Assembly (NCBI GenBank): GCA_036785375.1 | Contig: JAWMAR010000879.1 | Coordinates: 372,001 to 436,000, forward strand | Source of the DNA: Leucoraja ocellata | Lineage: Eukaryota | Length of the DNA stretch: 64,000 nucleotides | Direction of reading: 5' to 3' | Shown: positions 39,746 through 51,675 of the stretch, one piece after another | Layout of the letters: each line of letters opens with the position of its first letter | Position numbering within the stretch: position 1 is the first letter of the stretch | Made by a program: the position numbers and the translations under genes | The notes under the pieces: model-generated | Told to the model about the DNA's origin: nothing | Databases searched by the model: none | The model's input: only the letters and a program-made list of their open reading frames with translations

Positions 39746-40587
39746 GGAACTGCAGATACTGGTTTAAACCAAAGATGACCAAACTCAAAAAGCTGGAGCA
39801 ACTGAACGGGTCAGGCATCATCTCTGGAGAAAAGGAATAGGTGATGTTTCGGGTCGAGACCCTTCTTCAGACAGAGAGTCAGCGGAAAGGGAAACAAGAG
39901 ATATAGATGGTGATATAGAAAGATATAGAACAAATTAATGAAAGATATGCAAAAAAGTAACGATGATAAAGGAAACAGGCCATTGTTAGCTGTGGGCTGG
40001 GTGAAAATGAGTCACAGACAATGAGACTCAACAAGACGACTTTGAAGTTAGTACAACGGGTGAGTGAGGGATGTTCAACACCTTATATTTTGCTTGGGCA
40101 CCATACAACCCAACAGTATGACTATTGATTTCTCTAACGGGAAGTAATCCTTGCATTCCCTCTCTCTCTATCCCACCCCGACCCAAGTCATACGAGCTTC
40201 AAAATCGTCTTGTGTAAGAAAGAACTGCAGTTGCTGGTTTAAACCAGATAGACACAAAAAGCTGGAGCAACTCAGCGGGACGGGCAACATCTCTGGAGAG
40301 AAGGAATGGGTGACGTTTTGGGTCGAGTCCTTTCTTGAGTCTCATTGTCTGTAACTCGTTTCCACCTTGCCCACAGCTAACAATGGTCTGTTCCTTTATC
40401 ATCATTACTTTTGTGCATATCTTACACTCATTTGTTCTATGTCACTCTATATCTGTCTATATCTCTTGTTTCCCTTTCCCCGCACTCTCAGTCTGAAGAA
40501 GTGTCTCGACCTGAAACATCACCTATTCCTTGTCTCCAGAGATATTATCTGGCCTGCTGAGTTACTCTAGCTTTTTGCGTCTATCTT
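39746..40587. mobile_element. Penelope-like insertion with inverted pLTRs
   Basis: About 300-bp inverted arms with hammerhead cores at 39843-39870 (-) and 40493-40520 (+). Central GIY-YIG C-terminus QHLIFCLGTIQPNSMTIDFSN (about 40076-40138, +). TSD CAGCAACTATACAA (39732-39745) / CAGCAACTGTACAA (40588-40601). A third short copy is nested at about 40212-40339. Confidence 0.85.
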
Positions 40588-41450
40588 CAGCAACTGTACA
40601 ATATATTTCAGGTTTCCATCATCTTAGAGTAAACCCAAATGCTTTTAGCTCTTAATTCTGCAACACAGGGAAAAAGGACTGTGACTTCACCCTATCTATT
40701 CCTCTCATGATTGTTTACATCCGTACAAGAACATCCCTCATCCTCCTGCACTCCGAGGAATAAAATTCTAGCCTGCCCAGCTTTTCCCGATAACTCAGGT
40801 TCTACAGAGCTGTCAATATTCTCATAAAAATCTTCAGTGTAGTCTTTTCAGCTTAATGAAATCCGTCCTGTAGCAGGGTGACAGAAATGAACACAGTACT
40901 CCAAGTGTGACCTCACCAACTGCACAACTTGTACAACTTTAACATAATGTCCCAACTTCTACACTCAATTCCTCGACTGAAGGCCAGCATGCCAAAAGCC
41001 TTCTTCATCATCACACTATCTATTTGCGTTGCCACTTTCAAGGAACTATGTACTTGTATTCCTAGATCTCTCGGCTCTACAATACTCCCCAGGGCCATAC
41101 TATTCACTGTGAAGGTTGTGGCCTGGTTTGACTTCTGAAAAATGCAACACCACATACTTATCTAAATTCAACACCATTTACAATTTCTCGGTGATGAATT
41201 ATGTCATTCTGGATAACCATCTTCACTGTCTACGATACTGCCTCTTTTAATGTCACTAAAAACTTACTAAACATGTCATGTACATTTTCAACCAAAGCAC
41301 TCATATAACTGACAGTCGGCAGTATGTCATCTATCTCTGATGCCTGAGGCATACCAGGCAAGCCAGACAATATACAATACACGTCGAGCCCTGAAGCTTA
41401 CCTCTAGTCACAAGCCTCAAACCTGAAAAATGACCCCCTTCCAACACCAC

Positions 41451-41662
41451 GTGTTGCTTAAGAAAGAACTGCAGATGCTGGAAAAATCGAAGGTAGACAA
41501 AAAAGCTGGAGAAACTCAGCGGGTGAGGCAGCATCTATGGAGCGAAGGAATAGGTGATGTTTCGGGTCGAGACCCTTCTTCAGACCTTGACTCGAAACGT
41601 CACTTATTCCTTCGCTCCATAGATGCTGCCTCACTCGCTGAGTTTCTCCAGTACTTTTGTCT
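41451..41662. mobile_element. Fold-back Penelope-derived insert
   Basis: About 75-bp inverted arms around a hammerhead core (41556-41583, -). Perfect 15-bp TSD CCCTTCCAACACCAC (41436-41450 and 41663-41677). Confidence 0.8.
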
Positions 41663-42900
41663 CCCTTCCAACACCACATTGTGTTAACTATCACTAAGCC
41701 AATTCATTATCCAGTTAGCTTTCCCTGGATCCCTTGCTACCTAATCTTCCAAAGCAGCCTACGTTGCAGAACCTTATCAAAGGTCTTGTTGGCATCCATA
41801 TCATCTATATCAACCATATGACCTTTCCTCATCAACCCTCTTGGTTACTTCCTCAAAAAACTAATTCAAATTCATCTCCCACACATAAAGTCAGATTCAG
41901 ATTCAGATTCAACTTTAATTGTCATTGTCAGTGTACAGTACAGTGACAACGAACGAATAGGTGACGTTTCATGTCGAGACCCTTCTTCAGACCTTGACCC
42001 GAAACGTCACCTATTCCTTCGCTCCATAGATGCTGCCTCACCCGCTGAGTTTCTCCAGCATTTTTGTCTCCCTTCCAATACCACATTGTGTTAACTATCA
42101 CTAAGCCAATTCAGTATCCAGTTAGCTTTCCCTGGATGCTGTCATGCTGACAATACTTAATTAACCACTGTCTTTCCAAATGCGTGTATATCATCTCCCT
42201 CAGGATCCTCTCCTGTAACTTTCCAACCGTAGATGTTAAGTTTACTGATCTATAATTCTGATCTATAAATCCTAGGTTTTTCTTTGCAGCCCTTCTTAAT
42301 CAGATGCATGGCGTTAGCCACTCTCCAGTCTTCCAGCATATCTCAGCCAGTGCTCCTGCAATTTCTTGTCTAGCTTCCCACGTATCTGATGGATATACCT
42401 GATCAGGTATATCCGTCCCATGGATATACCTGATCAGGTTCAGGAGATTTATCTACCTTTGTGTATTTTAGGACATTGTGTTCTCCAGAGATGCTGCCTG
42501 ACCCACTGAGTTACTCCAGCATTTTGTATCCACCTTTTATCCCTCCTGATTTCCTCCTGAAGTATACGCCTCAATCCCCTTTGCTCCATCGGGAATACAC
42601 TTGATCCCAGCTGCGTGTACCTGACCCATGCCTCATTCTTCTTTCTGATCAAAGCCTCAATTTCTCTCCTCATCCAGGGTTGCTTACTTCTTCCTGCCTT
42701 GCCCTTCACTCTAACAAGTTCATGCATACTTCAAATTCTCACTATTACAATTTTAAAATTATCCCACTTTCCTGTCATTCCTTTGTTCACACACAATCTA
42801 TTCCAAACAAGTTTTGCAAGTTCCAGTCTAATACCATCAAAGTTGGCCTTGTGCCATTTTGAAACTTTAACCTGTGGATCCGCCTGTCCTCATTCATAGT

Positions 42901-42928
42901 CTGAAGAAGGGTCTCGACCCGAAACGTC
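42901..42928 (+). ncRNA. Minimal hammerhead ribozyme motif (consensus copy) in a 96-bp insert (42899-42994)
   Basis: CTGAAGAAGGGTCTCGACCCGAAACGTC. TSD TGTCCTCATTCATA (42885-42898) / TGTCCTTATTCATA (42995-43008). Confidence 0.65.
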
Positions 42929-44811
42929 ACCCATTCCTTCTCTCCAGAGATGCTGCCTGTCCCACTGAGTTACTCCAGCATTTTGTGTCTACCTTGTCCT
43001 TATTCATAACTATTTTAAAGTTAATAGAATTCTGTAGACTGGTGCTTGCCCACTGACAAGTCAGCATCTTGCCCTGCCCATTTTCCTAAGAAAAGGCAAG
43101 CTTTGCCCTCTCCCTTGTAGGGCCAGTCATATATTGCATGAGGAAACTTTCTTGAACATACTTGCCAAATTCCCACCATCTAAACCTTTGGCACGATGGC
43201 GGTCCCAGTGTATATTTGGAAATTTAAATTCATCTACTAGATAGCTTTGTTGGTCTTCCACCTTTACCGCCACCTCTCTCTTCCCTGTAGCACCTGTATT
43301 CTGGAACAATAAGCTGCCAGTCCTGTCCATCACTTACCCAGGTATCCATAATGGCTATAACATCCCAGTCACACGTACCTATCCACATCCTGAGTTCATC
43401 CTGCACTTCATACAGGGGAGATACTCAGGGCCACTGGAGATTTCTCTGACCTCTCACATCCTGCAGGAGTAGCTGAACAATGGGCTAATTGCCATCCTAA
43501 TTGCACCATACGAGGAGGTGGCGAATAAAGGGCCTTAGCTATTTTACCTTCTCCTCCCCCCAATCTGCTTGCTGAAGCCTCTCCAGCCAAAGCCTCAACA
43601 CTTACCCTCAAACACATCACCTCAACACATAGCCTCTACCAAATTGTAGTCACTTTTTACCATCAGAGCTGGATTTACTACTGTTCCATAAAATCAAAAC
43701 AAACGTCAGCATTGTCACAGTAATTCCAGTGATCTGGAATTCCTATTTTGGATTAACATCAGGCCAAATGTTGGAGTGCGAGCTTCCTTCCATCAATCCA
43801 TTTCAAGCTATAAATGAAATTAAGCGATTTTCCATTCTGAATCCGCATTTGGTCTTGGCACATGCTGAGCAACATAGGCCCAGAGCTTCATTTTATATTT
43901 ATGATGAAACTATCAGCACGCTTAGAATTTCTGTGCATGCAAGATTAAACATGGAGAAGCCAAAATTTATTTCAGTGATGCAAACCTCTTGCAGCCTTCT
44001 CTCTGCAACCAAGGGGTAATTTTTAATTTCATGCTCAGTAAAATGCCTAATATATTTGCTAGGAGTCCTATTTAAGGGGCTGTCCCACTGCGGCGACCTA
44101 ATTAGCGAGTTTAGAAGAGTTTGCCCTTGACTCATACTTGCAGCGTGGTCGACACGAGGACCAAGGAGGTCTTTGTAACTCTCCTTTATGCTGGAGAGTA
44201 ATCCCTGCATCAGGGCCAGATTTAGATGAAGAGAGGCCCTAGGCTATTTCACTTGTGAGCCCCCCCCTCCCAATCCCCCACCCCCACGACTAGAGGACCA
44301 TGATTACCAGACAGTGACAGTGTGACACTTTTAGATCCTACTGTATGTTGTCATTAAACAGTTGGTTTTAAAATTCATATTGGATTCACCGTATAGCGGG
44401 CAATGCCTTACCTGGAACGCCGTTTGAAGCTCCGGAGTGTTGGGCCTGCTGCTTCAACATCAGATCTGTGGTTTGCGGAGCTCCCAGCCTCACGCCGTGC
44501 TGATTTCAACATCGTGGAGCCCTGGGTTCCCTTTGCCGAGGGCCGCCAACGCGAATCTCCACCCAGCTCAGCCTGTGGACTTTGGGAGCCGCGGTCTCCG
44601 GTAGGAAGTGGCCGATTCGGAAGTCCAAGCCGCTGAGAATGTTCTTCCATTCCGACGTCGGATGGTGATCCCAAATTTCACTGCATACCTCAAATGCATC
44701 GGACATTGTCTCAATACCCCTTACTGGGATTAATCTAGCCTTCCTCTCTCATCAATTGGTAGATGCATTTCAAAGTCTGTGGGGTCATGGTCCAAGGATA
44801 AGTAGGAGGAG

Positions 44812-45840
44812 ATAGAAACATAGAAACATAGAAATTAGGTGCAGGAGTAGGCCATTCGGCCCTTCGAGCCTGCACCGCCATTCAATATGATCATGGCTGA
44901 TCATCCAACTCAGTATCCCGTACCTGCCTTCTCTCCATACCCTCTGATCCCCTTAGCCACAAGGCCACATCTAACTCCCTCTTAAATATAGCCAATGAAC
45001 TGGCCTCGGCTACCCTCTGTGGCAGAGAGTTCCAGAGATTCACCACTCTCTGTGTGAAAAAAAGTTTTTCTCATCTTGGTTTTAAAGGATTTCCCCCTTA
45101 TCCTTAAGCTGTGACCCCTTGTTCTGGACTTCCCCAACATCGGGAACAATCTTCCTGCATCTAGCCTATCCAACCCCTTAAGAATTTTGTAAGTTTCTAT
45201 AAGATCCCCTCTCAATCTCCTAAAATCTAGAGAGTATAAACCAAGTCTATCCAGTCTTTCTTCATAATAATAATAATAAATAATAATAATAATTTTATTT
45301 ATAGAGCACTTTAAAAACAAACATAGCTGCAACAAAGTGCTGTACATCACTAATCATTGACAAAAAAGTTAATACACACCAAAAATAACAATCAAAAGAA
45401 ATAGTAGGAAAAGACATGTAAAATAAAGAAACATCAAAAACACCACAAACAGAAGCAAAGCCTCAGGCATGGTCAAAAGCCAGGGAGTACAAATGCGTTT
45501 TAACACTGGATTTGAAGATGGACAGTGAGGGGGCCTGTCTGATGTGCAACGGCAGGGTGTTCCAGAGTGCCGGAGCAGCAACAGAGAAGGCTCTATCCCC
45601 TCTGAGCCTCCGACTAGACCTCGGTACCTCCAGGAGCAGCTGACCAGCTGACCTGAGGGACCGGGCAGGAGCGTATGGGTGGAGCAGCTCAGAGAGGTAA
45701 GGCGGGGCGAGCCCATTCAGAGATTTAAAAACAATTAATAAAAGACAGTCCTGACATCCCAGGAATCAGTCTGGTGAACCTTCTCTGCACTCCCTCGATG
45801 GCAATAATGTCCTTCCTCAGATTTGGAGATCAAACCTGTA
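44812..45840 (-). mobile_element. CR1 LINE 3' fragment interrupted by an L2
   Basis: YEERLDRLGLYSLDFRRLRGDLIETYKIL; the frame resumes at about 45742. Confidence 0.85.
45266..45740 (-). mobile_element. L2-type LINE 3' end
   Basis: Minus-strand LAPPYLSELLHPYAPARSLRSAGQLLLEVPRS...GDRAFSVAAPALWNTLPLHIRQAPSLSIFKSSVKTHLYSLAF, then AATAAA and a (TTA)n tail. Confidence 0.85.
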
Positions 45841-45849
45841 CACATGTAC

Positions 45850-47446
45850 AGATGTCTGAGAGTTGGCACGTAGCCTCAGCCTTGAAGAGATCAGCGCGCC
45901 AGACTACCACGGCACCTCCCTTGCCGGCGGGTTTGTTAACCCAGTCTGGGTTGTTGCGGAGTGAGTCGATGGCTGTACGTTCAGGGGGGTGGGGGGGGGT
46001 GGGGGGGAGAGGTTACAGTGAGACAGGGGAGTGGAGAAGTTGAAGCGGTTGATGTCCCGCCGGCAGTTTAAAATAAAAAGGTCTAAAGCCGGAACATGAC
46101 CATGAGTGGGGGTCCAAGAAGAGGGGGTCCCTTGGAGACGGGAGAAAGGGTCATCAATGGGGGGCAAGGATTCCTTCCCATGGAAGAACGCTGTGAGGCG
46201 GATGCGACGGAAGAAGAGCTCCAAATCGTGGCGGGCTCGGAACTCATTGAGGTGGGGACGGAGGGGGACAAAGGTGAGGCGTCTGCTGAGGACAGACCGT
46301 TCAGTACCTGAGAGGGGGAGGTCAGGGGATGGTGAACACACAACAAGGATGGGGGTTAGGGCCGGAGGAAGGCAGGCGAGTGGACTGAGGCCAAGGCGAT
46401 GTCTGGTGGGGGGGTGGTGGGTGGTCAGGGGGGAGGGGGGTATGAGGACTGTAGTGTGGGTGGGGAAGAGCTGGGGTCACGTGGTTTGGGGGGGATGGGG
46501 AAGACCCAGTGGAACAGCCACTGATGTTACCAGGGTTGGGGACACTGGCACAAGGACCCAGCGCAGTCAAACCCAGGGGAGTTGGAGTCTGCAGCGTGGA
46601 AACATCAGGCCCGGTGCTGAGTCCAGGATTCAGATAAGACGACAGCTGCGGTGTGCTGGAGAGCAGTGGAGCGCAAGGGTCAGTGGAGTCAATGACGGAG
46701 TCAAATGGAGTCGTGTCCGGTTCAGCGGGCGAAGCGTGGGAGGTCCCGGTGGGCGGATGGTCGGTGGGGCGGCGAGGTTCGGTGGGCCCGGTGAAGCGGC
46801 AAGGTGAATAGGCCCTGGTGCGGCGGCGAGGTTCGTTGGACCGTAGTGTGGCGGCGAGGTTCGGTGGGCCCGGTGCGGCAGCCCCGGTGAGGCGGCGAGG
46901 TTCGGTGGGCCCAGTACGGCGGCGAGGTTCGGTGGGCCCGGTGCGGCAGCGAGGTTCGATGGGCCCGGTGCAGCAGCAATGTTCGATGGGCCCAGTGCAG
47001 CGGCGATGTTCGTTGGGCCCGGTGCAGCAGCTATGGTCGATGGGCCCGGTGCGGCGGCGATGTTCGCCGGGCCTGGGGCGGCGGCGATGTTTGTTTGGGC
47101 CCAGTGCGGCGGCGACGTTCGATGGGCCCGGTGCAGCAGCTATGGTCGATGGGCCCGGTGCGGCGGCGATGTTCGCCGGGCCTGGGGCGGCGGCGATGTT
47201 TGATGGGCCCGGTGCGGCGGCGATGTTCGATGGGCCCAGTGAGGTGGCGATGTTTGATGGGCCCGGAGTGGCGGCGATGTTCGATGGGCCCAGTGAGGCG
47301 GCGATGTTCGATGGGCCCAGTGAGGTGGCGATGTTCGATGGGCCCGGAGTGGCGGCGATGTTCGCCGGGCCTGGGGCGGCGGCGATGTTCGATTGGCCCG
47401 GAGTGGCGGCGATGTTCGATGGGCCCAGTGCGGCGGCAATGTTCAA
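45850..47446 (-). mobile_element. Penelope-like element ORF N-terminal/RT-proximal fragment
   Basis: LSGTERSVLSRRLTFVP...DLELFFRRIRLTAFF and, after a frameshift, SLRNNPDWVNKPAGKGGAVVVW (the Penelope KPADKGGAVV motif). Confidence 0.8.
46763..47445. repeat. GC-rich minisatellite, 27-bp unit (about 25 degenerate copies)
   Basis: Unit approximately GGTGCGGCGGCGATGTTCGATGGGCCC. It explains the long repetitive ORFs in several frames (NIAAAPGPS; AAAMFDGPG). Confidence 0.95.
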
Positions 47447-48460
47447 TGAGTGGGTAGGCCCTCAATCAAAAATCCAAGCAAATTCCTCTCCGACAATGAA
47501 TATAAACCTCACCTGCATTTTAATCCTGCCCCCCCCGCCACACACCACCATAGCCTCTGGAATCGCAAGCACAGCACTGATGGTAGGTTTTGTAACAACA
47601 CCACTATGCCAAAAGTTTAATACACCTTGGCGGATTGAGGCTGAGGCCCCCCTAGATCTCGAAGCCCTAAGCTGAAGCTTATGAAGCTTATACGTAAATC
47701 CAGCCCAGCCCCGCATACCCGAGGCCTCAGCTAGGTTGCAGCGTATTTTTCAACATGCTGAAAAATGTCCGCGAGTAAAAAAAGGTCGCCATGGAAAAAA
47801 ATCGATATTTTTTTACTCGTGGGTTTAGTCGAGGTAGGTCGGCATGTTAATCGTAGCTAATCAAAGGCAATCAAAGGTAATCGAGGGTAGTCAAAGGTAA
47901 GGCTTGTTGAGAAAAAAAAGGTAAAGGGGCTGTCCCACTGTAGCGACAAAATCTGCAAGTTTTGCCCTCAACTTAAACTCACAGCATGGTCGACACGTGG
48001 TCCTCAGAGGTCCAATGAGGTCACTGGAACTGTCCTTCAAGCTCGGGGGAAGTTTGGTCAAGAAAATGTTCTCAGCATGTTGAAAAATTTTCCGCGAGTA
48101 AGAATTGGTCGGCATGGTTCTTTTGAACTCGTAGTGCTGTGGAGTGGGGTCGCTATGTAGTTATAGGCAATCGAGGGCAGCCGTAGGCAATCTCCTTCGC
48201 TGACCAGGCATTTTAATTGGTTCATTGGAGTTTCAGGACCAAGGAAAACCGACCGGTAGGTAAAATGCCCGACAAACTTTATTAAAGTTGGCTGTCTTCT
48301 TAAAGGTGGCTCCACTCCTTCTCCCCCTTCTCTGCCCCCTCCCGCCCCCCCCCCCCCCCCCCCTCCGCGCTCTCTAAAGGACTTACCGTACATTGTGCAG
48401 CCGTCTTTTACCTTCCTGTTCATCGCGGGTGTGAATTTCAGACAGCGCTCCCCCGCTTTC

Positions 48461-48593
48461 NNNNNNNNNNNNNNNNNNNNNNNNNNNNNNNNNNNNNNNN
48501 NNNNNNNNNNNNNNNNNNNNNNNNNNNNNNNNNNNNNNNNNNNNNNNNNNNNNNNNNNNNNNNNNNNNNNNNNNNNNNNNNNNNNNNNNNNNN
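48461..48593. other. Assembly gap (N run)
   Basis: Run of N. Confidence 1.
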
Positions 48594-49215
48594 TCGCGGT
48601 TTCATCGCTGACGGTCGATCCAGCTTGAGGTTTTCCAGGCAAGTGCCCTCGAGCTTGAGAGCTTGAAGGTCGAAGACAGTCGCTGAAAAGTCGCGTTAGT
48701 GGGACAGGCCCTTAACTGGATTGATATTGATCAGAAATATTTAATGCATTTGGCTGTCATTTGATTGAGAGTATGATGGCATCGTAGATGCTGTGTGCCA
48801 GGGATCTTCTTGCCCAACCAATATCAAGGTGGAAACAAACTAACACAAGAGATCACCTGAGCCTTGTGGCTGGTCCCCTGCATCATCACGCGCCACAAAA
48901 CAGAAAACAGTCTCTTGCCTATAAATGATTCTTTCCTTGCCTTTAGCTCGTTATCTTTGAGCAAGAAATGCTCTGAGAATTTTGTTGCAAATTAAAAGTT
49001 GCTGGAGGGAGTGGACTAAGTATGTTTAAATATATTAGTTCAAAATCTATGGGGACTATTGTACTATAGGACCTATTTATAAAAGGCAAGGGCAGAGATT
49101 TAGTTAGAACTATTCATTATGAACTAGAGTTTCTGTTAACCACCAGTGGCGACGCACGTTTGGCAGCCCCGCCAACAGTCTTTTCAAAATGTTTTAGTGC
49201 GAGTTAAAACTTTTA

Positions 49216-50621
49216 GGCTGTGGGCCAAGGAGTATTTTTGTTCAGGTTCGTGACCCAACTCACGGAACTACCTAAATGTTTAACATCTTGTGTAAAAATA
49301 TTACATAACTCATACCTGAAACTCGTCAAGAACAAAACCTGCACATTTTTAAGAAATATGAGAAAAACCTTAAATTTTCTGAGTAGTAATTGCCCAATCA
49401 ATGCACGTTTGACATTGAAGTCGGATGCATATTGACCAATTCCACGCTTTGTTTTATGGTCGCTAGGCAGCGAGGACTCTGGGATCATGGCTGCCTCCTC
49501 ATTACATCAAAACAATAGCAAGGTTTCCAAGGAATAAAGGTAATGCTAACCTTGCTGTTTATTTTGTTTCTCAATTGATTTATCTTTATAAAGTTATGCT
49601 GTGAACTGTTAAATAAAAATGATAAATAAAAAATGTACAGCTAGGGCTAGGGTTAGGGCCAGTCAGTCAGTCTGGCTTGTCGGTAGGCCGATGGATGCTG
49701 TGGAGGATCAGTCGGGCCGTCGGTGGGTGGTGAGAGTTGGGCCGGGCCTCCGCTGGGTTGATGAGCATCGGGCCACCGGGTTTGTGAGCGTCTGGCCGGG
49801 CCTCCAGTGAGTGCGTTGATGAGTCGGTCAGACTGTCAGGCTGCCGGTGTTGCAGCAAGCGGGCGGGCGGTCTGACGGAGCCGGCGCTATGGCGGTGCTG
49901 AAGGCGGTCCGGGCGGTGTGCAGGGCAGTGCTGCTCACCACCATCATCACCATGATGATCCAGAAGGGCATGCTGGCTGAGGTGGACGCGCTGCAGGGCC
50001 ACACGTACGAGCCCGCAGCCGGTCCCAAACCAGCTCCAACCTTGGGAAACTCTGGAAGGGGGGCGAGTTAGGGTTAGGCATTTTCCTGCCTTCCCCCAGC
50101 CTGGCACTGCCCCAGTCCCCCTATGGCCGTGACCCCCACTTTGCACACTGGCAGTCAGTGGGGTTCAGTACACGGGGGAACCCACAGGAACTGCACTCAC
50201 CCATTAATTAGGCTGGTTCAAGAGGACCTCTGCGGCAGTCTCATTTAAAAAAAAACCTCACAATTATATTAATTATATTATTTTTATATAATATAATTAT
50301 ACATAATTATATATGATTACAGTCATATTCACGTCATATATATATATAGATGGTATCATAATATATGGTTTAAAGCTACTTGTAATACGGAAATAGGCTC
50401 CCCATGTTGTTATATGAGCATTGGAGACTAGATGGCGCTTACTTTTACAATCTCATTTTCTAATTAGTTTAATTAATTAATGTGCAACTTTTGGCACTGA
50501 CGAGTTATGACTTCCTTCTCAATTATATTTTATCTAAATCTGTGCAAAATTTCATGTTGTTCCAAGACATGGGTCACGAAAGTTGATTTATAGACACATT
50601 TTTGATGCTCGGCCCACAGTT
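49216..50621. mobile_element. Non-autonomous TIR DNA element (superfamily unassigned)
   Basis: TA|GGCTGTGGGCCAAG ... CTCGGCCCACAGTT|TA. Inverted subterminal motifs TTCGTGACCCA (49247-49257) / TGGGTCACGAA (50570-50580) and CTCGTCA..CAAAA..TGCACATT at both ends. Confidence 0.7.
49889..50071 (+). pseudogene. Coding-like 60-codon ORF or captured exon of unknown origin
   Basis: Kozak context GGCGCTATGG and strongly G/C-ending codons. Peptide MAVLKAVRAVCRAVLLTTIITMMIQKGMLAEVDALQGHTYEPAAG... is not recognised. Confidence 0.4.
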
Positions 50622-51675
50622 TATTTCTGTAAATGTTGTCCGGTTTGTTTCATGTGGGGGGAGTGGGAGGGGGTCGGGGTTTTTTTTCTTTTCAGTTTCT
50701 TACCTTGCCGAGATGCGATTGTTTTCTGGGTCACATCTCCGGACGATCTGCGGCCTATCATCGATGGAGCTGGAGGCCTCCTCAGACTAACTTTGTGCCT
50801 CACCGTGGGGTGTGGACTTAACATCGGCGCCGATCCCTTGCCTGGGATTGCTCCAACCGCAGCCTGCGGACTTACCATCAAAGGCTCGCAGTCTCTGGAG
50901 AGGCTAGTCGGGAAGCTCCAATGGCGCAGAGGCTCAACCAGCCCGGACCCGGGGTGTAATCGCCTGTGGGAATGCTGTAATCCCCCCGATGCAGGAACTG
51001 ATCACACTGATGCGGAGGGCCCGACCACCGGCTACGGGAGTCAAGATGATCATCCCGTCAATGGAAGGATCGAGGCACCCGACCGCGGGAGAGCAAAAGG
51101 AAGAAATTTGAACTTTTTTTCACCTTCCATCACAGTGAGGAATGAGGAGGAGTCACTGTGGTGCATGATTGTGTTAAAATGTATTTTGTGTGTTCCGTTG
51201 CTTTTTATTTGTGTGACTGATTTGGCAAATGAAATTCCTCGTACGTTGCAAAACATACTTGGCTAATAAAGTATTATTGTGAGTGTGATTGTATGCGATT
51301 GTGTATCAGAAATGGACAGGAACTTGATTCGTACAGATGTCAGAGGTTATGGGGAGAAGGCAGGAGAATGGGGTTAGGAGGGAGAGATAAATCTGCCATG
51401 ATTGAATGGTGGAGTAGACTTGATTGGCCAAATGGCCTCATTCTACTCCTATTCCTTATGACCTCATGAGGCCTGTTTAGAGGAGCACATGATGAGCAGT
51501 GGCACCCTGAATGAATTTCACAGTCATAGATGAACATTTTTACCTTCAACACCAGTTGTAGAAGTTATCTGATTTTTATTCTGCTAAATATATAGGATGA
51601 AGGTCAGGCTGGTTCTACAATGAGTTGAGGATTCATTTGATTGCATTACCTACTGGAGAGTCAAGACAAAAAGTT

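Larger units (their letters stand above)
40665..43390 (-). mobile_element. Older CR1 LINE, fragmented by several Penelope-derived inserts
   Basis: VEPRDLGIQVHSSLKVATQID, RSKQPWMRREIEALIRKK and DEFKFPNIHWD on the minus strand. Confidence 0.75.
44211..47708. mobile_element. hAT-type non-autonomous element carrying nested retroelements
   Basis: TIRs CAGGGCCAGATTTA / TAAATCCAGCCCAG. 8-bp TSD CCCTGCAT (44203-44210) / CCCCGCAT (47709-47716). Confidence 0.75.
44075..48712. mobile_element. PIF/Harbinger-like non-autonomous element(s): left ends at 44075 and 47925, right end at 48712
   Basis: TIR AGGGGCTGTCCCACT / AGTGGGACAGGCCCT. TAA flanks 47925-48712 on both sides. A related copy lies at 60955-61382. 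Confidence 0.6.
49144..51305 (+). mobile_element. Non-autonomous retroposon with a Rex1-like tail, split by a TIR element
   Basis: GC-rich body with short internal repeats. The tail GGCAAATGAAATTCCTCGTACGTTGCAAAACATACTTGGCTAATAAAG is followed by (GATTGT)-like repeats. The left boundary is approximate. Confidence 0.55.

Noticed and set aside
42391-42438. 24-bp perfect palindrome GGATATACCTGATCAGGTATATCC with an adjacent partial repeat
   Set aside because: Lies in a decayed CR1 and is best explained as a local template-switch duplication.
46722-47675. Long repetitive ORFs on the + strand or alternative frames as antifreeze- or collagen-like genes
   Set aside because: By-products of a stop-free 27-bp minisatellite within a Penelope fragment.
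50583-51266. 227-aa ORF
   Set aside because: Spans a TIR junction and a non-coding retroposon body; no ATG start and no domain.
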